DNA from: Tubiluchus corallicola
Lineage: Eukaryota > Animalia > Priapulida
DNA: 64,000 nucleotides
Reading direction: 5' to 3'
Assembly: GCA_030141605.1 (NCBI GenBank)
Contig: JAQGDQ010000732.1
Location: 1-64,000 of the forward strand
In this document: positions 1 to 14,065 of the stretch, piece by piece
Layout: each line of letters begins with the position of its first letter
Numbering within the stretch: the stretch's first letter is position 1
The notes under the pieces: model-generated
What the model was told of the DNA's origin: nothing
The model's input: the letters and a program-made list of their open reading frames with translations, nothing else
Databases searched by the model: none
Program-made: the position numbers and the translations under genes

Positions 1-2120
1 TAATGACATTTCGACCTCATTGCCAAGTTTACCAACAAATCTTCTTTGCTCACCTATAAGAAACAACGTTATGGTGTCTTTAACTGGTGTAGATTATGAC
101 ATTTTTGAATACTGTTGACCTTAATTTTAAGAATTTTGAGCATTGTGGACGAAATATCTCGATTTTTGCTTTACCTCTGAGGATTTATTTTTCAGAACAG
201 GAGTGTGGGGCGAAAAACTTCTCCTAGCCTATTTTTGCATAACATTAACCTTTTATTCGTGGCAGGCCAACGGCGACCCGTAATGGGCATTTTCTAGGGA
301 CTCATCTCTCAAAATTTTGTAGAAAACCGCCCAAAGAGCTTATAGGAGAAATCTATTGTATAACTATTTGGGCACGTTGGGAAATGTTTTCAGAATTGCA
401 GAAAGAAGAGGAAATGGTTACAAGATAGCAAGGTTTCGTTTGGAGAGAAGGTCATAAGATGAAACCGTTGGGGGGGGGGATTAGTATTTCAAAGTTACCT
501 TACAGCTCCCAGTTCCGCATGCTGTTAGGATACTCATTACTTAGGCAAAAGCGATAACCTCCTTCAACAAATGAACGTTCTGCCATCGAGGGATGAGATA
601 AGATAAAATAAAAAGATGTTTTTTTTCAGGATAATTTGATTGAGTTAAGCTCGGTTACAGCAAGATCGTGATTGGTGGTTTTAAGTTTGAAAGAAAAATA
701 AATACATGTAAGGACTCAAACATAAACATCTTACAAACATTATGACTGAGTTCACAAGGGAAATAAGCAAAAACACATAAAGAGAAAGAGAAAGCTAAGA
801 TTACATTCGCAATGAACTTAAAATAAGCAAAAGAAGCAAAAAAACTTTACAAAAGGCGAAATAAAAATACAAACAATCGAAAAAAGTTATGTAATGGGCA
901 GCTAAAATAGCAGAATATATAAGCAAATTTAAGCAAAAATAAAAAAAAGTTACAATAAAAAATCCCCAAAAGCTAAAAGATAGCTAAGAATTACAAGCCA
1001 ATAAAAAATATCATACAGAACATAGATAATATAAATCAAATAAAAACAATAATATTAAAAGCAAATACCTTATAAATCAAATTTGCAAACAATATTTAGG
1101 TTAAAACATTTGAACAAAAACAGGTCAAAATTTAGATTTAGCTCAGAAAGCACAATGTAATTAACTAAACTAACTTTAAATTAATTCAAGGTAGAATGGG
1201 AGAAAGTAGACGCTTACATGTCACAGAAACTCAAACGTCTAACATTTTGTCTTACTTGTTTTCACGCAGTCATCAGAAAACTGCATTAAATTGGCTGTAT
1301 GTTGAGCATCTGGCCAACCACACCCTACTGTGTCATCAAGGTTGTCGCGTCCTTCCTTTGTCCACTTCAGATTACAACCACACACCATCCGGTTTCCTAA
1401 AAAATCACATTATTATGAGAGGCTCTACTAGGTTGTTTGCGTGGAAACATGACGTAAGATCATGCCATCAGAGAATCGCACGATACAGTTAATGACACAA
1501 AGGCGTGTTCAGGGTACCGAGTTTCACACCAAGTAACTCGTAAGTTTGTTCAGACTAGAGCGCAAAACTTGCAGCGAGTTACTTTCAACAGTAAGTGTGA
1601 GCTGACACTCACTTCTATATCCACTGCGAAAACTACAATTGAAAAACATCTAAGCTGTTGAATGGAAACCTTGTTAAAGGTTTTCTTTAAAAGACACACA
1701 TGTCATGTTATTGTAATTTAACGAACATAACTTTAGTTGAAATAATGTGAATGTCAGAAAAGTAGTTTGGACTTTGTAAACAAAGTTAATTTTGCACTTG
1801 CACTTTGCACTGTGCGTTAACTGTATAGCTTTTTTCTGTACATGTCTGTTAATTTATCACTTTTTAGCTTGTAAACATATAATCAGTAAGAAATTCTGTA
1901 CTCTAGCATTTGCGTAATATAAGTGGTTATTTATTTGTATAGTCTGTCCCTGAATATGACTGCAGACTGCAGTCGAAACGTTTGGAGACTTTTAACAGTT
2001 GGCAATTTAAAGTTTAATGAAATTTGTTTTCCTTTTATAAAAATGTGAGTACCTGTAAAAATGCGTTGTTAATTGTTCTTCAAAGAATTTAAACCTATAT
2101 TGAGATAAAAGGTAAATTAC

Positions 2121-2748
2121 CAGCTAGATTAACTCGTACAGAATGGCGTTGGTTGTTGTAAAAACTTGGTTCCTCTAGCTGTGTTATACTGCCATAAGTT
2201 ATACTGAGACTGACTAAGTATTGATTAGCTGATAGGTCTAGCTCTAGTGCTATCAAATTCTCATTTCTAGTTATAAGAAGCTCACGAAGAGAGCTCAGTT
2301 TATTGAATGCTTTTTTATGTATGCTTTCAAGCCAGAAATTAAAACTGATGGCCACTTTTTCCACGCCACCATATATAGAATTTTCTCCTAGAGATGTCAG
2401 TTCTGTTAAACTTATAGTGAGCATTGTAGGTGACAGATCTTCTAAAAAATTGTCTGGTAATTCACGGCTTCTGTAATAAGTAATAGAAAGATGTGCTATC
2501 GACGAAGCAGCTCCTTTCATTTTTACCATCCATTGAGCAAGCTGTACTCGTTTTGCGTACAGACAGTATACATCACATTTTTTCTGATTTTGGAACTGTA
2601 CATCTTGCGGTTTTGTATACGTGCATCTTATGGCCCTATCGTGTAGTTGTATAGCATCATACTCGCAGTGTTTGGCATTCCACGGTACTTGTGATGCACA
2701 TCTATTAAACATACACAAAGCACTAACGAAAGTAAAGATCAAGTTCAT
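2121..2748 (-). CDS. Gene C exon 1: signal peptide plus LRRNT/LRR domain, divergent paralog of genes A and B; later exons not found in the window
   Basis: ATG at 2748 (MNLIFTFVSALCMFNRCAS). LRR motifs ELPDNFLEDL, IHKKAFNKLSSLRELLITRN align by eye with genes A/B. Phase-1 donor GCTG|GTAATT at 2121/2120 sits at the same LxG| position as in the paralogs. Confidence 0.8.
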
Positions 2749-3679
2749 TGCTTTGGGGAAATAAAACTTGAAAAGATCATTCCAACTCAAACCGGCAGTG
2801 ACGATAACAACCTAAACGTTCCACGCAGTTTTCGAAGCCATTATGTAACGGAATGTGGCAAAGACACAAGAATGAAAAATCATAACTGTGATGTCGTTAA
2901 GACCTAGTTCGAGTATTGTATTAAAATAGTAGTGCTGTATTTAACAATTGTGGACGGTATTCCATATAGGCTACAGTATGCGACGGCATAACGAAATGTG
3001 CTAATAAAATTAACAAAACAATGTTTCAGAGGCGTTCTTCAGGATAAGCGTCACTATCACAATAGCGGTTTTACTTGTAACAAATTTTTTATACATATAA
3101 AAGGCAGCAAAATGAGTCCTTGCCATTATTAATAACGTTAAATATAGGCCTTCGCATTTACTGTAACATACAGTATCCTGTATCAGCAAATCTCCTTATT
3201 ATTACAGACTGAGGTGAATTTGGTTGAATTACTTATTCATTTTGAAGTCTACTTTATAAGGCACGAATACAAACAAGAGTAAAAGTGCTACTAAGAAACT
3301 AACTTAAAAACTTATTTGCAGTATAACAGTGACTATAATACGTTCTTTAGCTAATACACATTTTCGCAGATAAAGGAACTTCACTCATACTGAGGGAGGG
3401 TTAAACTCTTAACAAGAATGGACCTGTTTACTACAAATAATATCGAAAGTTGTATGAATTTATACCGTAAGTGCAGAAAAGATGTGTCAAAGTTTGGAGT
3501 ACAATAAATTTGGGAGCAAGTACCATAACAAAGTTGAAGTTTCACAGCAGGATACTACAATACGCTAGTTTTTGGCTGTGAAAATTGCGGGTTTATCGAT
3601 TTTGGCATGTAAAAAATTTGAGTGGCTAAACAATGTTAGAAATTCATCAATTTAAAAACGACCACTTTGAGGTAGAACG

Positions 3680-3993
3680 CATGCTATGGTGTAGCATGTG
3701 TATGCTATGGCGTAGCATGTGTATGCTATGGTGTAGCATGTGTATGCTATGGTGTAGCATGTGTATGCTATGGTGTAGCATGTGTATGCTATGGTGTAGC
3801 ATGTGCATGCTATGGTGTAGCTTGTGTATGCTGTGGTGTAGCATGTGTATGCCATGGTGTAGCATGTGTATGCTATGGTGTAGCATGTGCATGCTATGGT
3901 GTAGCATGTGTATGCTATGGTGTAGCATGTGCATGCTATGGTGTAGCATGTGCATGCTATGGTGTAGCATGTGTATGCTACGGTGTAGCATGT
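3680..3993. repeat. 21-bp minisatellite (CATGTGTATGCTATGGTGTAG), ~15 copies
   Basis: Directly visible head-to-tail repeats; explains the overlapping repetitive ORFs at 3633-4101. Confidence 0.95.
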
Positions 3994-4249
3994 GATACAG
4001 ATAAAGCACTGATAAAAATTTATTACAGTACATGGAATACTCTTATAGAGAAACTGAAGGGTGATCGCACAGAGGAGTTTGATGCCACGCCCCTCTGACA
4101 AAGATGGTCAGACGCGGGGATGCCTGGGCCCAAAAGCCAAACGAGAAAAAAACTTGTTCCATGAGTACGGCGACAAAACAAAATGTGTGCTCGCATACCC
4201 AAACCGTCCATAAGCCGGCATACTAAAACTACGTTATGGTGTTTCAAAC

Positions 4250-5915
4250 TAAAATGCGCCAAAAGTTTGGTCTAATGTGAATTTTTTATTTTTTATGAAA
4301 CAAACGCGAAACGAATTATCTAGAAAACGTTCAAAAATACTAAAAACCTAATTTTTTAACAACTTACCTGCTTTTCTGGTTGAAAACAAGTGTTGCAGCT
4401 GTTTTGAACCTATATTTTTAAACCTTGATAATAGCTCTTGGAAGCGATCATTTTGCTTCAAATTTTTTCTGCTGCCAAGCCCAGATCTTCGTCAGGAAGA
4501 CCCATCTACAGGATTTTAACATAACATCAATGTGTTTTTGCAATGTCCATAGCAACCAACATGTTTTTTTGTAGCAATTTTCTCTAAGTTATGTTTTTCA
4601 GTGCATATAGGGTGCACTTCAATTTAAGCGTAGATTATCTCAGGTTACAAATAACATAGAGCGATAAGCTTGTCATCAAAATGATCCTCATGAAATGGAG
4701 ATTCAGGACGTGTGAATAACTAGAAAAGTCTACTTGTGGAAGATTTTGCTGTGCAAGCACACAAATGTCTATAAGTCGGCGTAGTTATTCTGCGATGAGA
4801 AATTACGCTTTTGTGCTACAAAGTAAAACGCATAGCATATTCTATAAAAATCCGTTTTTTTGTTTTTTTATAACAGCAAGTAAAATTTTTATTGTACTGA
4901 TTCCTTGCTTAAGACACTTCCTTGGTGGATTTAGTTTGAGTATTGTTATTTGGAGAACTGGGTGGGGGGGGGGGCAAGTTTCATTTTGCCCTGGGCTGCA
5001 AAAATTCTCTTGGCGGCAGTGTCTGGTGCAAAGGAACTAAAGGCGAAAATATCAAGTGCTGGGACCAAATATTTTACAAAGAAGTAAGGAAAAGTATCCG
5101 CAGATACCTTTCAGACATTTATTTTTTGACTTGTCATTTTAAAGGGGATGCATCTTTGCAAAAATAAATAGTACGACCTAACATCAGTGTGATATATAAG
5201 CGATTCAATTATTACCTTTTTGTAAAATCGTGATCAAAACGTCATCCCATTTTTTGCACCACCCAGTTATTTGTTCTTGATTTGCTGTTGTACATGCTCA
5301 AGTTAATACTACTTTTGTAAAAACGTATAGGCGAAAGTAGGCAATTTTTTCATATAGTTTTCCATCTTAGCCGGTTTGATCACTTTGTTCAATTAATTAA
5401 TTAATTATATGTGTGCTTGCATAGCAAGATCGTCAATAAGTTGGCAATTAACTTTTTCTAGTTATTCACATATCCATCTCCATTTCATGAGGATCATTTT
5501 AATACCAAGCTCATCGTTCTATGCTATTTTGAAAGCTGAGACAATCCACTTTAAAGTTGAGGTGCAGGCTACGCACTGAAAAACATAATTTTGAGAAAAT
5601 CGCTGTTAAAGTTTGCGATTGTTTTTTGTTGCGTCTCTACAAAACACTTAGCAACTGTACAAAAGTGTGGTACGAAAAACCCCGATGCAAAATCATTGAT
5701 TCCATGAGCTACTATCGGAGCTCAAAAACGCAAGTTTTTTTTACAATTACTAGTTTTTAGTCACAAAAGCGGACTTGGGTTATAAAAATAAACTTTTAGT
5801 ATTTTTGGACATTTTCTTGATAATTCGATGCTAGAATATAAAAGTCCAATATATTTAGAGCTTGTTTTTATAAAAAAACGAAAAAATTAACGTTTGACCA
5901 AATTTTTGGTGCATT
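4250..5915. mobile_element. Degenerate non-autonomous DNA transposon (foldback-type) with long imperfect inverted arms (~4250-4730 vs ~5450-5915)
   Basis: ATGATCCTCATGAAATGGAGAT..GTGAATAACTAGAAAAGT (~4680-4730) is the reverse complement of ACTTTTTCTAGTTATTCAC..ATCTCCATTTCATGAGGATCAT (~5451-5500). Similarity extends outward to ~4252 and ~5915. Exact ends and TSD not resolved. Confidence 0.65.
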
Positions 5916-6882
5916 CTACTTTGAATTATCTTTTGCAGACGTAATGCGTGCTTAATGTATTTTAAACTATGCAGACTTATGGAAGATTCTGGTTTGCAAG
6001 CACACAAGTCGTGATCTATAATACATGCCTGTAATACATGATTTAGTGAAATATGTATGCAGCAAAAAAGTCTATTAATTATTTTACAAAAAACTGAAAA
6101 CACTGATTATTGAAAGATCGTTTACATATATTTACCATGTAGTACCGTGAGTTGATGAATTTGTAGGCATTTTTTTGATGTAAATGTACATCTGTGTCTT
6201 GGTTCATAGAAACCTTAATATATTTCCTTCTTATCATTCAAAACTCTGCAAATGCAAACTGACATGGTTCCTGATTACGTGCGAATTTATTGTGTCAGTA
6301 AGTTAATGAATTTAATAAAGTTTGAAATAATAGTTTATTGTATAAACCAAAAATTACTTTTACCTGACTCTGTGATACTCCAATCCAAAAGACAAAAATA
6401 AACCATAATAGAAAACAATGAGTTTACTGCATGATTTATTGTAGAGTGAACGTAGTAAAACAGTTCGTCAAGGACACAGGTTCAATTCCGTCAGAAACAA
6501 GTCGAGTTTTTCAACATTTTCAAAAACAAGAATTTAAACTTTATCCATTTATCCATTTTTGAATCACATTAGATCCGGCAATAATAATAGCAAATTTATA
6601 AACTATTTCACTCACAAGCTATAGAGTGAAAGCATTGTGAATGATGCAAACTCTTATAGAAGTTTACAAGCATAGTGTTATTACAGTTATCACATGATTC
6701 GGTTTATTTTTGCACATTGTTATGATCGTTATTAGCTATACTAACCCATCCAAAATGTTTCTCCTTCTTGACCTTCTCTCATATCACAAACTTTTCATTT
6801 CCTTGATTGTTTAACACTTTTCCAACTCCTCTGGTACATTAGACGTGTAACAGCTATTCCTTTATGTTATCCAAATCTTCAT

Positions 6883-6904
6883 GATCATCATCATCGTCGT
6901 CATT

Positions 6905-6936
<32 letters not shown>
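6883..6936. repeat. (ATC)n microsatellite
   Basis: Visible imperfect trinucleotide run. Confidence 0.9.
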
Positions 6937-7189
6937 ACGCTCGTCACGTCTATTGTACACATTGGCAGGCAGAATTCTAAAATAAAAGAAATCTGCCTTC
7001 AGAAAGGTAAACGCAGCAGTAATCCAGTGCCTACGCCAGTGGCTTACTTCCGGTTGATGCAGCTAAATGTGTACAATTTGAAAATCTTTGTTTCTTCATT
7101 TGTACATTTACACTTTTGTTTGATTTTTGACTTGTGTTTGAACCTGAAGTTTTGACATTCATAGTTTAGTCCCATTTTCAGAAAAGTGG

Positions 7190-8520
7190 AACACTAGCAG
7201 CGTTCTTTCTGAAAGTGGACAACATGTAACGAGTCTTATCAATTTGTCTATGCTGAATCTGAAAAACGCTATTGTTTGCTCGAGAAATTACCGGAAAAGG
7301 ACTAAAATGTACAAAACAAGAGGGTCACCAAGATTTTGCACAAACTTACAATACTTTGCACGAAGCTAAAGCCCATCAAGGTGATCAATCTTGGACATGA
7401 AACCAAAGAAAAACAATCCAATATTGTTGCCATTTCAGAATGGCCTAGAAGATGGAAGGCTATCGCTAGTTTTTTAAAGTTGTAGCTTAGCTGCCAGAAA
7501 GTTGGTAAACATTAGACCCTTAAACACCAAAATCTTTACCTGACCCGTTCTAATAGTTAAGATATAACCTTTAGAGATATAACTGTTAGCGAGTCATCTT
7601 ATTGGTCATCTTAAAAATGGCGCACATACTGGAAGATTTTTTTTATCCTAAAATTAATCACCATGACGGGTTCTTGCGATGTGCAAAATTTCATAACTTT
7701 TACACATAAGTAATCCGGCGGCCATTTCTTTGCTCATTTTTTATTAGTTATTAGTCTAGCGGTATTAAGACTCAACAAAGTTGATTTAATAAAAATGACT
7801 TGCTTTTTGTTTTCATAATAAATCTTTAGGTGAAATAGGTAATATGATTGATCAGCATCATTTCTTTTTGTGTGGCGACCATTTTAAAACCCGATACCAT
7901 TTTTGTAACAAAAGTAACAGAAATGGATTGCGAAGGCCCTAGAATAGATGTCGTCGTCGCTTCAAAATAAAAATTTTCTGAGAACTTGTTTTGATTTACA
8001 CTCTCTGCACAAGAAGTTGCAACCATTTTGTTTTTTTGCACCTTTGACCATTTACCGTTAATTCTTCAAGGCCGCAACAACTTTTCTCGGATTCAGCATG
8101 GTCGTATTGACAAGAACGGCGTAGAAACACTTGTTCGTGATTTTCTTGTAATCTAATGGCGGCCATTTGGAAAACAGTAGCCATTTTTGAAGCGAAAATT
8201 ATAAAAATAGGTTCCACGGGTTTAACTACCTTGGACTAGATCTCATAAAGGCTTTCTAATGTTAATTTTCTTGAAATTTATTTTAATTTTACATTATATG
8301 TTAAAAAACTTGGGGGCCATTTTGTTATTTGCCTTTTCAACATCGTTCAGCTAATTTTTCGAGTTGCCAACAGCTTTTTCCAATTCAGCGTACTCAAACT
8401 AATAGGACTGGCAATTTTTCTCACTTTTAGGAAAAAACCTAGATATATTTTACCTAGAACTTTGTTTTTAGCTAAACTTTATATATGTGCTTACTTTTTT
8501 AGTGTTTGGGCCTATACTAT
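7190..8520. mobile_element. Possible degenerate DNA transposon remnant
   Basis: Subterminal inverted match AATTTGTCTATGCTGAATCTGAAAAACGCTATTG (~7241) vs CAACAGCTTTTTCCAATTCAGCGTACTCAAACT (~8368), plus several AAAATGGC/GCCATTTT motifs inside. Boundaries approximate. Confidence 0.4.
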
Positions 8521-9849
8521 CAAGTTTGCTGGCTACCAGTTTATAATTTTGTGGCAACAAACCCTTTACTGTAACGTACATGAATAGTTTTGTAATTTCA
8601 AACATGGTATCTTTGCCCGTCATGTCTACTGAGTAGAATTGTATGTTTTAAAATGAAGGCGAAAGCTGTCCACATAATCTTAATGTTTATTTAACGTGAA
8701 TAAGGATACGTCATCTTATGTATGTACATTGACTGAAATGTACGTCCATAAAAAATTGTAATAAATTTTTGTAAAAATCAATGTGATTTATTTGGTGCTT
8801 CCTTGATATTTTTCGTACAAGCCGCTAATGCAATTTCACTCTTGATATTCGTCTTGATATTCGTACGTGACCTCGTTTCTCGGCCTTCAATAACTTTGCC
8901 AAAATCGCACTTAGTTTCTTTCATCAGCTTCAGTATCTTTCACGAAGTTGCCACATCCGTGCACTTGGCAAATCTGTCCTTATTTATCGAGGGAAATTTC
9001 CTATTTCTTAAATATTGCGCTTCCCTTTTTGTTTCCGTAGAAACTTTCACGTCTGAAATAGAAAAGAGAAATACACTTACAATCACACGAATGAGCCACA
9101 TGAGTACTGAATTCGTTTGATAAAAACTTCGGCCAGAGCTCAATGAGAAGTGATGGTTGTTATGGTTGTGTTTGGTTGTTGGATCGTATTGCGCAAGTTA
9201 CGACTACTTACCACGTGATGATCATAAATAGCATCTGTATCCAGTGAACTACATACTATAAGAGTTTTAACTCTTAAAATTCTTACCTGACGTCATTTTC
9301 AATTAACTTGGGCAAATCTTCAATATCTGTTGCCGACGTTGTCGCAGGAGTTGATTCCGCCTAAAAACATGTTATAAACCAGGTGGTATAATAAACATGT
9401 GCCTACTGCACCGTCCTTCTACTTTCAAGCCAGCCTGAGCACTAATTAGAGTTTTTGTTGTCGTTTACGTCGCTTCGTTTGCGTTATTAAAAACTGACAG
9501 ATTCTTTGGGTTATTAAAAAGTCAACATAACTGCGTGGTCACGACAAGCGCTTAATTACATACGCACAGGTAAATATAGTTTGTAGTAGATGCCTGTGAT
9601 TTTTTCTGATTAGACTGAAGTCTTTTTCTAATTAGATTTTTGCTATAGTCAAAATAATTCAAGATAAAAAATAACTAAAAATTTCAAATCTTATTCAAGT
9701 CTCAAGGCTTAATATCCACCTGACTATCCACAATAAAGCAATGTAAAACAATGTCCAATATCGATCTCCTTCCCCCATTCCACCTAGCCAATAACGACAC
9801 AAGCATGCGGGTCACGTGACCCCTATTCTTGTCATGGAGGAAAAAGGGC

Positions 9850-11200
9850 AGCGACACTTATTTACATACAGTCGCTGGGACAACAAACAACATTTTAGCT
9901 GTAGGCTACTACAGTATAAGCGACCTTGAACGAATACAACAATACTGATTCGCCACAAATAAGAAAGAAAAAATAACAACTGTTTGCGCCAGTACAGGAG
10001 GTCGTGAGATTCGATCTCGGGTTGCAAGCAGAGAAACACCCACTATCCATACCTGAACAACTCTGCCAACTGAACAGGAACGTCAAAAACAGAAAATAAG
10101 AACGTATTTTAAATGCAATAATAAATATATTGTGGTAAAATATAGTTATGTAGTGCAGAAGAAAAATTGTATTAATTTACTAAATGATATTATGCGCATG
10201 TTCTATATGTACGAAGGTTTAATATATATACATACTTTGGAATGAGCTAATGAATAAGTAGGTAATAGAATATGTATAATAGTAATAGAATAGAAATAAT
10301 AATAATAGTCTCTTCATCTTGTAATAAGTTGTAATATTGAAAATAAATGACAGTTTTTTATTTAAATATATATCTGACAAAAACTGCAAAGGTACTTCAA
10401 AAACGTTTTGCATTCTGATTGAATTTAAATAAATATGAAAAAAATGAAATAAGATGGCGTCGTCGAAGCAAGACATCACTATATTTTTCAGTATGAGTAT
10501 GCAAAATATATGTAAAATGTTTATCTGATGACTAATGCCAAGGCATTTGCTCTAAAATTTCTATACCTATTTTCCGGCTACTAAATCGAAGACATGTAAT
10601 TATAATAATTATCGTATTAATTAATAAAGCGATTTTATACCGCAAACATCACTGTTTTTGATGGCTTCGTTGTTTTTCCAGGTGAGATTATAGATCCTAA
10701 AAAAAGACCAACAAAAGCAGCTCTCAGTATACAGTTAATGGTTACCATATCGTGATTCACATTAAACGAATCATATTGCACTTGGGGTGATGTGCCAGTT
10801 ACTTTCACCCCCTCTAGAGTGTTAAGAACTCTATCATATAATATCATTGCATGCAGTTATAAATGTTGCGGAAGCTGCAGCAGCACCTGTTCCGCTGGCA
10901 TGAAGGACGCGTGAAAAGACAGCTATGAAACTTATTAATCCTCACTTCCAACATTCTGTTTATCTGTTTTATTATTACCATTATTGCAATCATAGTGCTG
11001 ACAGCGCCGATGAGTATAAATCATTAAACGAAATGATAGCAGGAAAAAACTTAGTAATCAACTTACCAGATGACTTCCCTTGCATCTTCTCAGTTAGTGG
11101 AACAGATGCTGAAATGATATATGCCCCTACTGAACCACAGAACCCAAGTATGCTAAGACAAATTATAGTACTATCATACGTAGGCTTCGTAATGGACAGA
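9850..11200 (-). pseudogene. Possible decayed MFS transporter fragments (SLC18B1-like by eye)
   Basis: Ordered hydrophobic pieces CLSILGFCGSVGAYIISASVPLTEK, GKLITKFF, IAVFSRVLHASGTGAAAASATFITAC, DRVLNTLE, AAFVGLFLGSII, YFFFLICGESVLL are separated by stops and frame changes. The resemblance is from memory, not an alignment. Confidence 0.3.
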
Positions 11201-12124
11201 ATCATTGCAAAATAGAAGGGGTAACTGAGAAACTGGCTTCAGTTCTATGTCAGTCCCTGTGTAAACGACATCAAGTAAAACTAGTCCAGAGTTGAGTTTT
11301 CACTGCCCTAGTTAACTAGAAATGTGTTTCAGAAGACCAGTTGAGTCTGCAATGAATCCATTTTTTCTAAAAATCTAGTCTATACAGTGTAGCTCCATTG
11401 TAGACACCGCAAAATTAAAAACAACAATAATGACGTCATCACCATTATTATCATGGCAAAATAAACCTTTGTATAGACTTGATTTGCAAGACAGAAACAC
11501 AAAAATAGGAATGTCAGGAACAATGAATGTGAGTAACTTACTCGTAGAAAGCTGACTTCTATCACTGTGAGGTCGAACAGTCCTCGAAGCTGCAAAATAG
11601 ACATTAAATAAACAAATATTGAAAGTCAAACTAAACCCTCACTACAATATAAGTTTTTACAACTAAAAATCCTATTCTTACTTCGGATATTCAATTTAGT
11701 TTATTATAAACTTACTGTAAAAGTTATTTTGTCAGATATTCATTAAATTTATTAAATTAGCAGCACTAAATTTGAAGACCCGCCATTTATTATTCTCCGC
11801 GATGAATGTCGTTATAAATGCAATCAAGAGGTCACCAAAAATCGGTAAGCAAATATCGGTCACCATTGACGCTTTTTGGATTTCGTAGTATGTACGTCAT
11901 TTTCGCTCAGTCGCGCCAAAATACTGGAAGATTTTACGGCAATAAACGCATTCGAAATTCGCCAGACAAAGGCAAACTATTAACTCCTTCAGGACCCTAA
12001 GCGGTTGCTGCATTTTGCATGGGTTCATGAGAAACTGCTCTCCCTAAGCAGTGATTACGTTACATTTGATGATTTTTGTAGTTTTCTGCTCCACACACAA
12101 TGGACTTTCATGCAGAAATATAAT

Positions 12125-12259
12125 TGATGTCAAACATTGGTCGGTCTATCTTGACGTCAAACATTGGTCGGTCTATCGTGACGTCAAACATTGGTCGGTC
12201 TATCGTGACGTCAAACATTGGTCGGTCTATCGTGACGTCAAACATTGGTCGGTCTATCG
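12125..12259. repeat. 27-bp minisatellite (TGACGTCAAACATTGGTCGGTCTATCG), 5 copies
   Basis: Direct tandem copies without spacers; TGACGTCA at 12152, 12179, 12206, 12233. Confidence 0.95.
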
Positions 12260-13854
12260 CTCCTCCTCTGCTGTAATGTAAGCAAATTCAGCGACATTCG
12301 GAACAACAGCTCACGCTGGACAACAACTATCAAAACTAAACTAAACAACATGACAGTCACAATTAACGTTTAATCAGCAGATAAACTTATTGCACTTTTT
12401 CATAAACATAAATTTGCAGAGCAGCAGCTATTTCTGCATGAAATTAACACTTGAACTTGTCAAAAAATGACTTTTCAATTTAAACATAATGTAGATACGA
12501 AGTTTCAAAGCACTACAAAATACAGAGACATAAGTATCATAAAGAAACTAAGCCAGTTAACATTGCTTTACAATAAATGGACAACAAAATATATTTACGA
12601 AAGTCTCTTTTGCCTTCGAGTATACGAACACATCATACCTGCGACGTATTTTTTCTAATTTTAACTAATCATGTGGTCGTTAGCAAGTTTATCCACTCTT
12701 TGCATTTTTCCAACTGTTTGTTAGACTACAGAAATGGAATAAATTTGATTGTTTTATTCTTCAAACGATCTTGCTTAAGTTACGTAAGTCATAGGTCCCA
12801 CTGGCATCTTAAATTATGATTATAGCCAGGAAAATAGCATAAAATTGACTATTTAAGGATACAAATTTTACGTTGATATATAACATAAATTTTGACCACA
12901 TTTGAATTAATTAGGACCGTGAAAAACTTATTGAGGTTTTTAAAAACTGACCAAAAAAGAAAACATTTTGCTTGAATGTGAATTCCTATGAGTTTGGTCG
13001 CTTATGACATAATCCTGACTGTTGTCACGGATTCCCGTAGATGAGTTCAACTCTGCCGCTGGGTTCAACTGTTGCTAACTGGCCATTCTTACAAACTGCG
13101 CAAATCTGCTTAGAAGTGTCATGCTATAATTTTTACATGCATGTTAACCTTGAATCATTTATACCCGTCAACTCAGGCTTCAATCTAAAGTTACAAATTT
13201 CATTGTCACCTCTGTTCAAGTAGGCCATTTTACATTTGTCTTCATTAAAGAAGCGTCATATGATCGACCTAATTAACATCGTTAAGTTAATTTGTATTTT
13301 TAAAGTTAATACTTGTCTTTACCTAGTTTGCAAGGTCATACATAAAACTAAACTGCGTATTTTATTAATACTGTAGCAAAATCAGTAACTCACAGACACA
13401 AGCGCTGCGCATTTCTTCCTATAAAAACGAAATTATACTATGTATTTTCACTAATTCACCTGCAATTTTAGTCGACGATACAGACAATCTGTAACCTGTA
13501 ATGAGATCTAAAACCAGCCTGATTTCTCTCTCGCAAATTTGTGAAAAGTTGAGCATTTTTTATAAGAATGTAACATATACACAATACATAGTTAGAGCTC
13601 TTGTCCTGAAAGACGTAGTGATGAACCGGTTCTGTGTGTGTGTGAAAAATATGCATCCTGATTGGACATTCAGCAGAGCTTGACTGAGAATGATTGACAT
13701 TTTGTTTGACGTCAGTTATGTGAAATGTACTTATCTATCTTAGACAAATTAAAAGTTGATTTTTGACTCATTAATTGAAAACAGGTTTCAGTAACTGCGG
13801 TGTTTTTGCACTATAACAAAGTGTAGTATCATAGCCAGAAATTTCAACTATCCA

Positions 13855-14065
13855 GACACAAAACTCTTCTAGACTTTGGCTTCAAGTCTGTTTTTACGGA
13901 GAAATCCCTGCTAAAAGGTGAAACGACCTTAATTTGTCCTTAGCTTTTCGATTGGTTTTTCTGGAGTAGCTACAGATCACGGCAAACTACACAGCTTGAC
14001 CCGGCAGCAAGCAGGCGATAAATAAATTAGTGTGTACGATCACGCAAGTGTACACCAGGCTAAGG
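13855..14065. repeat. Dispersed repeat, ~210 bp (SINE/MITE-like); inverted copy at 60741-60950
   Basis: AAATTAGTGTGTACGATCACGCAAGTGTACACCAGGCTAAG (~14023-14063) matches the reverse complement of CTTAGTCTGGTGTACACTTGCACGATCATGCGCACTAATTT (~60742-60782); similarity continues for ~200 bp. Confidence 0.7.

Noticed and set aside
3633-4101. Cys/Met/His-rich ORFs suggesting metal-binding proteins
   Set aside because: Three-frame translations of a 21-bp minisatellite.
6440-6500. B-box-like GGTTCAATTCC (and GGTTCGATTACC near 20857) suggesting tRNA genes
   Set aside because: No cloverleaf can be folded by eye; at most SINE remnants.
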